Positions 31,330 to 40,129 of a stretch of DNA of 64,000 nucleotides are shown here, in pieces. This stretch comes from Deltaproteobacteria bacterium (GTDB lineage: Bacteria > Desulfobacterota > Dissulfuribacteria > Dissulfuribacterales > UBA3076): contig JAGYNZ010000001.1 in NCBI GenBank assembly GCA_018399745.1, positions 37,948 through 101,947 on the forward strand. The letters run 5' to 3'. Made by a program: the position numbers and the translations under genes. The notes beneath the pieces are model-generated. The model was not told the DNA's origin, did no database searches, and saw nothing but the letters and a program-made list of their open reading frames with translations. Each line of letters starts with the position of its first letter. Positions within the stretch are counted from its first letter, which is position 1.

Positions 31330-32373
31330 CTAATTAATAAATACCCTTTCGTAATCCTTAAAGGCTTCGATTGTTCGACCAGCACCTTGCACTACAGTTA
31401 TAAGTGGATCACTTGTAAGGTGAAAAGCGAGATCAGTCCTTAAACCCAAGAATTGGGCAATACCTCTAAGCAAGGCCCCACCTCCTGTCAATGTTATACC
31501 GTTGGCCCTTATGGAGGCTCTAATATCCTCAGACAAAAGCCCAAAGACACCCTCTATCATATTGGCGATTGCATTTAGCGGCTTTTCCAGAACAGGTCTC
31601 AGTTCTCGAGGATTAATTACAGACGTTACCGGTAACCCTCGCAGAAAATGCTTTCCTCTCACATTATATTCTTGATCCAATCCCTTTTCATCATCCCAGA
31701 CCGATCCTATGTCCCACTTGATAGTCTCCGCAGTAGTCAAGCCAACCACTAGATTATGTTCTTCGGCCAACCAGCGAACAATGGCGTCGTCAAATTCGTC
31801 CCCTGCCACCCGTATTGTCTCGGAATGTAAATAAGACCACTTGGCTATCACCGCCAACTCGGTTGTCCCACCACCTATATCAAGCACCATCTGAGGCTCT
31901 TCTCCATGGATAGGGAGACCTGCACCTATAGCAGCAGCCATGGTTTCTTCCAGTAAAAAGATTTTTTTGGCCCCGGCCTCATAAGCTGCCTCAAGTACAG
32001 CCCGTCTCTCCACCTGGGTGATATTAGAAGGAAGGGAAATTACTATTCTCGGTGAAAAGATACCCTTTCGTTCTTGTGCACGGTTCAGAAAGACTTTTAT
32101 TAACTGACTCACTGCATCAAAGTCCTGTATGATTCCATCCTTCATAGGACGCACAGCCCTGATACCCTCAGGAGTCCTGCCCAGATACTTTTTTGCGGCA
32201 AGCCCCACCTCAATTACCCGGTCGTTAATTGAATATGCAATTACAGTGGGTTCATTCAGGACCACACCCCCCCTTTGAATATAAATAAGGGTGTTGGCAG
32301 TACCCAAATCCATTGCCAGGTCCTGTTTTATCATGTTTTTAAGGTTTTTAAGCACCACGTAATCTCCAATCAC
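31330..32373 (-). CDS. mreB: MreB-family actin homologue (divergent solo paralogue)
   Basis: MDLGTANT, RPMKDG, AAAIGAGLP, DIGGGTTE, AGDEFD and LTGGGALL motifs; no mreC/mreD adjacent. Start may be ATG at 32334. Confidence 0.88.
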   Translation of the reverse strand: MIGDYVVLKNLKNMIKQDLAMDLGTANTLIYIQRGGVVLNEPTVIAYSINDRVIEVGLAAKKYLGRTPEGIRAVRPMKDGIIQDFDAVSQLIKVFLNRAQERKGIFSPRIVISLPSNITQVERRAVLEAAYEAGAKKIFLLEETMAAAIGAGLPIHGEEPQMVLDIGGGTTELAVIAKWSYLHSETIRVAGDEFDDAIVRWLAEEHNLVVGLTTAETIKWDIGSVWDDEKGLDQEYNVRGKHFLRGLPVTSVINPRELRPVLEKPLNAIANMIEGVFGLLSEDIRASIRANGITLTGGGALLRGIAQFLGLRTDLAFHLTSDPLITVVQGAGRTIEAFKDYERVFIN

Positions 32374-32508
32374 TAGTAATTTTAATGTAAAATTTAATTT
32401 GCGGCGTTACTTCGATTTCCTGGCGCCAATACATTTCATTCGGACAAGTCGAGTAACCGCGACCTGTGCAGATGAATACACCTTGTATCTGGAACATTTT
32501 GAGCAAAA

Positions 32509-33420
32509 TCACATTTCCTGTTTTATTGCAGTATAATCATTAATAACTCGATCAAGAGAAAACACCAGGAGTTCGGCAAGTCCTTCGGGCCAGCCTGAAA
32601 AGTCTGCATCTCCCGTAAGTATCCACACCAATGTACCTGCTTCAATTGGCTGAAGGAGTCCTATCAAAACCGGGCCTCTTTCAAAAGGCTCACCAGGCCA
32701 TAAAAAATACGACTTGTGCTTATCCGCTCCATAACGATTATTAAGCATCAAGTGCTTTCTGTATTTCAATAGCCAACCGACAAGACCTTTTTCCACATTA
32801 AAATACTGACCTTCGAGTCTGATGTCTTTTGGTAGTCCAGTTGTAGCCTTAATTATAAAAACCTTCTTATGCATTTCATGAAAGGCCACAAAACCACTTT
32901 TAAGCCCTAACAATACTTTCAAACTTAACAAAATATGCCCTACTTTTCCTGAAAGGCCATGATGCCATTGGTTCCAACGACGATAAAACTGGAGTTCACG
33001 ATAAGTTTTCCCGGAAAACCATAAATCAGCAGCTATTATTGCACAATCTTCTAAAATACGTTGTTTCTTTTCAGGAAAAGAATAACGATTCTTGCTATCG
33101 ACCATCAAAACCCCTTCACCGCGGAGTAAAGGGGCTGCCAGAAATGCCTTTATACCAACATCTTTGCTGTAAATACCAAGGGTCCGGGTATCTCTATCGA
33201 AATGGGTTGCGTGCAACCTTTTCCCCTCCCTTGCAACCCAGCCTATAAGCCCTTGGCCAACCTCTATACTACATTCAGGCACTATATAGGGACTGAGACT
33301 CTCCCATGCCATCAAATGGAGAGCGTCATTCCCTTGATGACTGCGGACAAACAGGGCAGTCGTGAAGGAATCAAAGACGTTTGCAACCAACCGGACTAAA
33401 TGCTCAAGAGAAGCAGGCAT
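32509..33420 (-). CDS. GAF-domain protein
   Basis: GQGLIGWVAREG...IKAFLAAPL...GVLMVDSK pattern; second GAF-like half (KGLVGWLL). Start moved to ATG 33420. Confidence 0.78.
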   Translation of the reverse strand: MPASLEHLVRLVANVFDSFTTALFVRSHQGNDALHLMAWESLSPYIVPECSIEVGQGLIGWVAREGKRLHATHFDRDTRTLGIYSKDVGIKAFLAAPLLRGEGVLMVDSKNRYSFPEKKQRILEDCAIIAADLWFSGKTYRELQFYRRWNQWHHGLSGKVGHILLSLKVLLGLKSGFVAFHEMHKKVFIIKATTGLPKDIRLEGQYFNVEKGLVGWLLKYRKHLMLNNRYGADKHKSYFLWPGEPFERGPVLIGLLQPIEAGTLVWILTGDADFSGWPEGLAELLVFSLDRVINDYTAIKQEM

Positions 33421-34507
33421 AAATAGCAGGACCATATGGCGCGGTAAGCACACCTAACTCGGTGATTATGGCGGTTACAAGATGGTGAGGAGTTATATCA
33501 AACACAGGATTATGAACTTTCACACCCGTGGCGGCAATCTGTTTCCCGGCAAAAGTGGTAATTTCTCCAGGCCCACGCTCTTCTATTGGGATCTGATCTC
33601 CAGAATGAATAAATGGATCAATAGTGGAAACGGGAGCAGCTACATAAAAAGGGATATTATTAGCTCTGGCAAGTTCAGCTACAGCATAGGTGCCGATCTT
33701 GTTGGCAACATCACCATTAGCTGCAATTCGATCGGCCCCAACCACCACAGACTTGATCAGCCCCTTTTGCATCAAAAAACCAGCAGCTCCGTCCACAACC
33801 AGAGTAACTGCAATACCGTCCTTTATAAGCTCCCAAGACGTAAGCCTGGCGCCCTGAAGCCAAGGGCGGGTCTCGTCTGCAATAACATTAATCTCCTTGC
33901 CTCTGGAAACGGCAGCTCTGATAACTCCAAGGGCCGTTCCATATCCTCCGGTAGCAAGGCCTCCTGCATTACAATGAGTAAGCACGCCGCCGGTTTCAGG
34001 TAAAAGGGCCTGGCCATAAAATCCTATGGAGAGGTTGGCCTTTACATCTTCTGTCCAAATAGAAATAGCCTCCTTTTCCAAAATGGACGTGAGATTGCAT
34101 GGACTCATCTTATAATGTTTGCGCGCAAGCTTTTCCAGCCTTTCCACCGCCCACTTCAAGTTCGCTGCCGTGGGCCTGGCCTGAAGCATGAAAGCTGCTT
34201 TCTCCAGCCATTCTTCTACAAATTGGCCCTTATTTTTATCCTTGAGTCCATGAGCGGCCAAAACCATACCAAAGGCAGCCGTGATACCTATGGCCGGTGC
34301 TCCTCTAACCACCATATCCCTTATAGCCTGCTCCACATCTTCCGCAGATCTATAGGCAAACCATGTCTCCTCATGAGGTAACTGCCTCTGGTCTAACAAA
34401 TAAAGAATGTGCTTTACCCAACTGAGCGGCACTACAGACGTGTTGCCCCTGCTTCTAAGCATGCTTAATGGTAAGCCGTATTTTTCTGGTGCACCAATGT
34501 CTTTCAT
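33404..34507 (-). CDS. mtnA: S-methyl-5-thioribose-1-phosphate isomerase
   Basis: MVVRGAPAIG, ARPTAANL, LTHCNAGGLAT, DETRP, GADRIAANGDVANKIGTY and FDITP motifs; true start may be ATG 34462. Confidence 0.93.
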   Translation of the reverse strand: MKDIGAPEKYGLPLSMLRSRGNTSVVPLSWVKHILYLLDQRQLPHEETWFAYRSAEDVEQAIRDMVVRGAPAIGITAAFGMVLAAHGLKDKNKGQFVEEWLEKAAFMLQARPTAANLKWAVERLEKLARKHYKMSPCNLTSILEKEAISIWTEDVKANLSIGFYGQALLPETGGVLTHCNAGGLATGGYGTALGVIRAAVSRGKEINVIADETRPWLQGARLTSWELIKDGIAVTLVVDGAAGFLMQKGLIKSVVVGADRIAANGDVANKIGTYAVAELARANNIPFYVAAPVSTIDPFIHSGDQIPIEERGPGEITTFAGKQIAATGVKVHNPVFDITPHHLVTAIITELGVLTAPYGPAIYACFS

Positions 34508-34558
34508 GCGTCAACCTCATGTTCCGCTACAGACAAAGGGGAAATGGAATAATTACTT

Positions 34559-35989
34559 TCATATGCCCAAAGCCTTTCGCAACAGCTCGTTTACTTTTTG
34601 GGGATTTGCCTGTCCCTTTGTCTCTTTCATGACCTGCCCAACTAAAAAACCCAGGACCCTAGTCTTTCCGTCTTTGCACTTTTCCACCTCTTTTGGATGG
34701 GCCTCCACTATCTGATTAACCACTGTACTTATGGTTGACTCGTCATTCACCTGTGCAACGCCCTGTTCTTCCACAATTTCTTTAGGACTCTTTTGGGAAT
34801 CATATGCCTGCTCAAGGATATCTTTTGCCATCTTGCCGCTAATAGTGCCATCCTCTATAAGATTGAGCAATTCAGCCAAGTCGGCAGGAGATATGGGGCT
34901 GGTGTCAATTTCCCGATCCTCCTGTTTCAGAAGGCGAAACAGTTCTACCATTACCCAGTTGCTAACAATCTTGGGGTTGGGGAAAAGTACTACGCACTCC
35001 TCAAAATAATCAGCCAGTGGCTTTGAAGCGGTGATAACCCTCGCGTCATAGTCTGAAAGACCGTATTGTTCCTTAAGACGAGCGCACTTTACATCAGGCA
35101 GTTCAGGCAGTTCTGTCTTCACGCTGTCTATCCAGGCATTATCAATTTCAACCGGCACCAAATCAGGATCAGGAAAATATCGATAATCATGGGCCTCTTC
35201 TTTACCTCTCATTGTGACTGTTATAACTTTAGCCGTATCCCAAAGGCGAGTCTCCTGCTCTATCTCATGACCATCCAGTAAAAGGGCTGTCTGACGCCTT
35301 ATCTCAAACTCCAATGCCTTCTGCACATTACGAAAAGAGTTCATATTTTTAAGTTCCGTCCTGACGCCGAAGCCTTCCTGACCTATTGGTCTCAAGGAAA
35401 TATTGGCATCACAGCGCAGGCTGCCCTCTTCCATATTGCCGTCACTGATCTCTAAATAACGGACCTGCTGCCTCACTCTCTTAAGATATAAAGCAGCCTC
35501 TTCGGGGCTTCGAATGTCAGGCTCGCTTACAATCTCGATCAAAGGCACACCTGCCCTATTAAGATCCACATAGCTAACCGGCCTGTTTTCATCATGTATC
35601 AATTTACCCGCATCTTCTTCTAAATGAATGCGGGTAATACCGATTCTTTTTTTATGTCCATTTATAGCGATTTCAACCCAACCACGTTCAGCGAGAGGAA
35701 GATCATATTGAGAAATCTGATAGCCCTTGGGAAGATCGGGATAAAAATAGTGCTTTCTGGCAAAAACGCTGAAAGGGGCTATTTCGCAATTTGTAGCTAG
35801 TGCCATTTTAATGGCAAATTCCACAACTTTTCTGTTAAGCACAGGGAGAACGCCCGGCATTCCCATACATATCGGACATGAATGCGTATTAGGTGACGCA
35901 CCAAAAGTAGTTGAACAGGGACAAAAAATCTTTGTTTCAGTCTGCAACTGGACATGGACCTCAAGACCTATTACCGCCTCATATTCCAT
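34559..35989 (-). CDS. gatB: Asp/Glu-tRNA amidotransferase subunit B
   Basis: [39 protein letters not shown] and YRYFPDPDL motifs. Confidence 0.97.
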   Translation of the reverse strand: MEYEAVIGLEVHVQLQTETKIFCPCSTTFGASPNTHSCPICMGMPGVLPVLNRKVVEFAIKMALATNCEIAPFSVFARKHYFYPDLPKGYQISQYDLPLAERGWVEIAINGHKKRIGITRIHLEEDAGKLIHDENRPVSYVDLNRAGVPLIEIVSEPDIRSPEEAALYLKRVRQQVRYLEISDGNMEEGSLRCDANISLRPIGQEGFGVRTELKNMNSFRNVQKALEFEIRRQTALLLDGHEIEQETRLWDTAKVITVTMRGKEEAHDYRYFPDPDLVPVEIDNAWIDSVKTELPELPDVKCARLKEQYGLSDYDARVITASKPLADYFEECVVLFPNPKIVSNWVMVELFRLLKQEDREIDTSPISPADLAELLNLIEDGTISGKMAKDILEQAYDSQKSPKEIVEEQGVAQVNDESTISTVVNQIVEAHPKEVEKCKDGKTRVLGFLVGQVMKETKGQANPQKVNELLRKALGI

Positions 35990-36280
35990 AAACCAAACTC
36001 CTTCACAACAACTACATATTCACCTCGAAACATCATTAGGCTAACACGCCATTCCATCTCAATCAACAGAAACACAGCTCCAGGCAGTCTACAAAACAGC
36101 AGTATAATTTTTGATAAATGATTCCATTAAAAAGACAAAGCTACTTCGTTGCTTAAATTTTCCTGTTACTGTGACACACGACAACTATTTTTTTATTCTA
36201 AAATAAATTAACGCCTTGCATCTTTGGTCTTTTGCAAAATCACGTTTTATGAATTTTTGTAACGAAATCATAAAATTAAT

Positions 36281-36314
36281 AAAAAAGCAGCTACATCACA
36301 TTTGACATAGCTGC
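36281..36314 (-). terminator. Intrinsic terminator after the 91-aa gene
   Basis: Minus strand GCAGCTATGTCA-AATG-TGATGTAGCTGC-TTTTTT: 12-bp stem with two G:U pairs, then a U6 tract. Confidence 0.8.
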
Positions 36315-36344
36315 ATTTATACTTCCAGATATAGCTTGCTAATG

Positions 36345-36620
36345 CTAAGACTTCTTGCGCCTTCCCTTAGGCTTTGTCTTGGCTGCCTCTTTTGGCTCAA
36401 TCCCTTCTTCTTCCAGAAATTTAAGAATTGGATTGGGCCGACGCACAGTCTTCTTCGGTAAATCTATATGTTTCCTGAGTTCACTGACAATCTTTGACAC
36501 CTGGAACCTACTGATACCAAGCTTGTCGGCTATATCGGAAGCCGTCATTTCAGCATAATGATTATGCACATATCGTACGTCATCTACATTATACGGCCTG
36601 CTTCTCTTTCTTCCAGTCAT
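36345..36620 (-). CDS. Small basic HTH-type protein
   Basis: 91 aa; GAAAGGAG RBS; HTH-like TASDIADKLGISRFQVSKIV; Lys/Arg-rich tail; own terminator. Confidence 0.82.
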   Translation of the reverse strand: MTGRKRSRPYNVDDVRYVHNHYAEMTASDIADKLGISRFQVSKIVSELRKHIDLPKKTVRRPNPILKFLEEEGIEPKEAAKTKPKGRRKKS

Positions 36621-36987
36621 GATAAACTCCTTTCTAGTTTATTGAAATATCAATATATATTTATTGTATAGTAATTTCTATTCCTTCCCCAATTACGTCA
36701 AAGGGAATTGTGAATTTAGAAATTGAGGCATTTTTTCTCAATTTAGACGCAGAAAAAAACCGATCAATAAATTCAATAATACAAGTACAAAAAGAAGCAT
36801 AGCTTGTCAATAGCTATAAAATTGTACAAACTAAAGATAAATCCTGGCTTAAGACAGTAAAGATACCCAAGAATCATAAAGATGATCACTGAAAAATGCT
36901 AAAAAGCAGAAAATTAGAAATTGAGATTCATTATAAAATCATCGTATTTAAACAAATGCTCTATCAATTATTAAGACATAAGATGCA

Positions 36988-37706
36988 TTAAATTTGTAGT
37001 ATGGAGATAGAATTTAAGATCGAATAAGATGTGAGATCAAAATAGGTAGAGATGATGCTAATATAACCCGATTCAAGGCAACAACATAGGCAGTATTGCC
37101 TTTATAGATTGTCAAGGTCTCACTACTGGTTTGCCGATTATATTATATTACTCATTCGAATTACATGTCTACCAAGTAGTTCCACAAGGCGTGAAATTCC
37201 CTATCTAGTTACTTTCACCCGATATTTGATCACAAGATAAAGAAAAAGATATTAACAAAACCGCTACTCTGAATGAGAGATCCAATTAATCGGGCTATCC
37301 AACAAGCCTTTTGCAAATTTAGCAGCAAAGCAAAAGTCAGGTTCTTGTTATGTATCCAAGAAACAGCAGCTGACTTTATCCCAAATATAGTTGCTTCTAT
37401 AACAGCACAAACTATCCCTCCATACAGGATTTTTATACTGAGCTTAGTACCCTGGTTTATTCCCGAAATACCAGATCAATTAGGTTCTTAATCGACTCAT
37501 GCGCTAAAAGCCTAAGACAGTCTATTAGGTTACCACCAGGGCCGAGTTCAAAGTGGATCTCACATGACAATTACATAACAAATTATACTATGTTCGCCAT
37601 CCGCAGCAGCAACAACAAACGATTCATGGTCATCCTTAAAAACTTCATAAAGCTGATACAATCCATGATCACAGGTAGTGTCATCATTTGCAAGAAAGAT
37701 ATTTAA
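36988..37706 (-). pseudogene. surE: Degraded surE (5'/3'-nucleotidase) pseudogene
   Basis: Manual translation recovers SurE blocks in order across several frameshifts and stops: LNIFLANDD..GLYQLYEVF..VVAAADGEHS; GGNLIDCLRLL..IDLV; SGINQG..ILYGGIVCAVIEATIFGIKSAAVS; VKVTR*G; ESGYISI..YFDLTSY. Span about 240 codons. Confidence 0.8.
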
Positions 37707-37730
37707 ATCTCACCAGCCGCTTCTCAGCAC

Positions 37731-37886
37731 TTATTTTGACAGTCCTTTCTCAAAGTTTTTGCCCTTTTCCTTTCTATACCGTGGATCAAGCATACCTGTC
37801 CTGGTTAGGGCATAAGCAATCCATTGTATACAGGCGACCTCTTGATATATCAATCCAGCAATTAGCACTTTCTCTGTTTTCACCAT
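37731..37886 (-). CDS. Possible 51-aa ORF coupled to the nfnB stop
   Basis: ATGGTGA overlap with the nfnB TGA; MVKTEKVLIAGLIYQEVACIQWIAYALTRTGMLDPRYRKEKGKNFEKGLSK; family not recognised. Confidence 0.3.
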   Translation of the reverse strand: MVKTEKVLIAGLIYQEVACIQWIAYALTRTGMLDPRYRKEKGKNFEKGLSK

Positions 37887-39286
37887 CCCCATGTAAGGTA
37901 ATGATGTATTGAATCAGAGGCCTTTCTGCCCGCCCCCATGGCCAAAATGACCGTCGCCTGGCCAGTGACGATATCCCCCCCGGCCCATACGCCTCTCTTC
38001 GTGGTCTTGCCTGTCTGAAGATCTGCCACTATATAACCCCACTTATTGGTTTTCAGATCTTCGGTTGACCCGGGCAAAAGAGGGTTGGCGCCTGCGCCAA
38101 CAGCAATAATCGCCAGGTCGCACTCCATCTTGAACTCGGAGCCTTCTACAGGTAAAGGACGCCGTCGTCCTGATTCGTCGGGTTCACCCAATTTCATTCG
38201 GAGACACTCTATACCTGTCAGACGGGCCTTTTCATCACCCAGGAACCTGGTAGGTGCTGTGAGCAGAAAGAACTCAACACCCTCCTCTTCTGCGTGATGA
38301 GTCTCAGCAAATCGAGCAGGCATTTCATCCCTGGATCTGCGGTAAACGATGCGCACTCTATCAGCACCCAGACGCATGGCAGTACGTGCGGAATCCATTG
38401 CCACATTTCCCGCCCCGAATACAGCCACATTTTTACCTCTGACAATAGGGGTATCGTATTCAGGGAACATGTATGCCTTCATCAGATTGGCCCGGGTCAG
38501 ATACTCGTTTGCTGAATATATACCGGAAAGATTCATACCGGGGACACTTATAAAGGCAGGCAGACCCGCCCCGACTCCTATAAAGACGGCGTCAAACCCA
38601 TCTCTTGTGAGAAGCTCGTTAACTGTACGGATATTCCCAATAACAGAATCGAGCTCTATCTCTACACCCATTCTAAACAGAAAATCGATTTCTGCCTCAA
38701 CTATAGACTTGGGAAGACGAAATTCAGGAATGCCATAAAAGAGGACCCCTCCCGGCTTGTGCAGGGCCTCGAATATGACTACATCATGTCCCAATCTGAC
38801 AAGATCACCTGCCACAGTCAGACCGGAAGGTCCGCTGCCAACCACGGCAACCCTTTTGCCGGTAGACGAGGCCTTTTCTGGCAACTCGATCAGGTTGTTA
38901 TCCCTTTCGTAGTCAGCGCAGAAACGTTCCAGATTGCCGATAGCAACGGGATCACCCTTTTTGCCTAGAATACATCCGGATTCACACTGAATCTCTTGAG
39001 GACATACCCGGCCGGTTACGGCGGGCAGGGCATTTTTCTCCTTGACCGTCCTTGCCGCTGCGGCAAAATCACCCTTTGCTATAAGTGATAAGAATTTCGG
39101 GATGTTTACCTGAACCGGGCAACCACTCATACAACCCGGCTTCTTGCAATTAAGGCAGCGTTTCGCTTCTTTGACAGCCGCTTCAGGGGAATAACCATAC
39201 GGGACCTCTTCGAAATTTCTTACCCTCAACTCAGGTAATTGCTCCGGCATGTGTTGTCGGGAACTCTTTTTGTCCTCGTTTTTCAT
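37880..39286 (-). CDS. nfnB: NfnB/GltD-like NADPH-dependent Fe-S flavoprotein (Nfn large subunit)
   Basis: EAKRCLNC..CMSGCP, GRVCPQE..CE, VGSGPSGL, YGIPEFRLP, FGAGNVAMD and AGGDIVTG motifs; no glutamate synthase large subunit nearby. Confidence 0.85.
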   Translation of the reverse strand: MKNEDKKSSRQHMPEQLPELRVRNFEEVPYGYSPEAAVKEAKRCLNCKKPGCMSGCPVQVNIPKFLSLIAKGDFAAAARTVKEKNALPAVTGRVCPQEIQCESGCILGKKGDPVAIGNLERFCADYERDNNLIELPEKASSTGKRVAVVGSGPSGLTVAGDLVRLGHDVVIFEALHKPGGVLFYGIPEFRLPKSIVEAEIDFLFRMGVEIELDSVIGNIRTVNELLTRDGFDAVFIGVGAGLPAFISVPGMNLSGIYSANEYLTRANLMKAYMFPEYDTPIVRGKNVAVFGAGNVAMDSARTAMRLGADRVRIVYRRSRDEMPARFAETHHAEEEGVEFFLLTAPTRFLGDEKARLTGIECLRMKLGEPDESGRRRPLPVEGSEFKMECDLAIIAVGAGANPLLPGSTEDLKTNKWGYIVADLQTGKTTKRGVWAGGDIVTGQATVILAMGAGRKASDSIHHYLTWGW

Positions 39287-39309
39287 GGAATTCTCTTTCT
39301 GAACATACT

Positions 39310-40128
39310 TTATCTATAGGTTTGATAGGCCATTGCCTCTTCTTTGAGATATAACGATTTTCTTGCGAAGAGCTCTTGCCAGTCAACCTCGTGCCCGTCA
39401 AATTCAGGACCATCTACACATGCGAATTTTGTATTTCCTTTTACTGTCACACGGCAACACCCGCACATGCCTGTACCATCTACCATAATTGGATTAAGGG
39501 CAACGAGTGTCTTGATTTTATGAGACCTGGTTACATTGGAACATTTCATCATCATAAATGTACAGCCAATAAAATAACTCTGATCAATCTTTTCACCAGC
39601 GTCAATCAGTTTGGTAAGGACCTTCTGAACACTGCCCTTCATCCCCTTTGAACCATCGAATGTACTGACAATTAAACGATCAGAGAATTCTTTCAGGGAA
39701 TCCTCCATATACAGGAGATATGCGCTTCGGGCCTCTATGATGGAGATCACTCTGTTCCCTGCCTCTTTCATGGCCCGTGCAATAGGAAAAATGGCCCCGA
39801 TGCCGTAACAGCCTCCTCCAAGAATAACTGTACCCAGCTTATCTATACTTGTCGGTATACCAAGCGGCCCTGCCACACTATACAGCTTACCCCCACTTTG
39901 AATCCTGGCCATCTTGGCTGTTGATATACCCACTTCGAGAAAAAAAATGGAAATCGTCCCCTTTTCCCTGTCCCAGTCCGATATGGTAAAAGGGACCCGT
40001 TCTCCGGTTTCATCCGGCATAATTATCACGAATTGACCCGGTTTTGCCTTATCTGCGACACCAGGCGCCTTTATCACCATAAGGTGGATATTCGGTACAA
40101 TCTCATCTCTCCGGATAACTTCGTACAT
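39310..40128 (-). CDS. nfnA: NfnA/PyrK-like FAD/NAD-binding [2Fe-2S] protein (Nfn small subunit)
   Basis: KPGQFVI, GERVPFTI, GPLG and DGTGMCGCCRV..KFACVDGPEFD motifs; ATG at 40128 follows GGAGG at the end of the upstream gene. Confidence 0.85.
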   Translation of the reverse strand: MYEVIRRDEIVPNIHLMVIKAPGVADKAKPGQFVIIMPDETGERVPFTISDWDREKGTISIFFLEVGISTAKMARIQSGGKLYSVAGPLGIPTSIDKLGTVILGGGCYGIGAIFPIARAMKEAGNRVISIIEARSAYLLYMEDSLKEFSDRLIVSTFDGSKGMKGSVQKVLTKLIDAGEKIDQSYFIGCTFMMMKCSNVTRSHKIKTLVALNPIMVDGTGMCGCCRVTVKGNTKFACVDGPEFDGHEVDWQELFARKSLYLKEEAMAYQTYR

Positions 40129-40129
40129 C

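Noticed and set aside
33482-34003. Long antisense ORFs such as 173 aa opposite mtnA, 166 aa opposite moxR (53988-54488) and 148 aa opposite batA (56969-57415)
   Set aside because: Shadow frames of well-supported genes with no motifs.
37877-37882. nfnB TGA as a possible selenocysteine codon
   Set aside because: The protein is already full length, and readthrough meets TAA after four codons.
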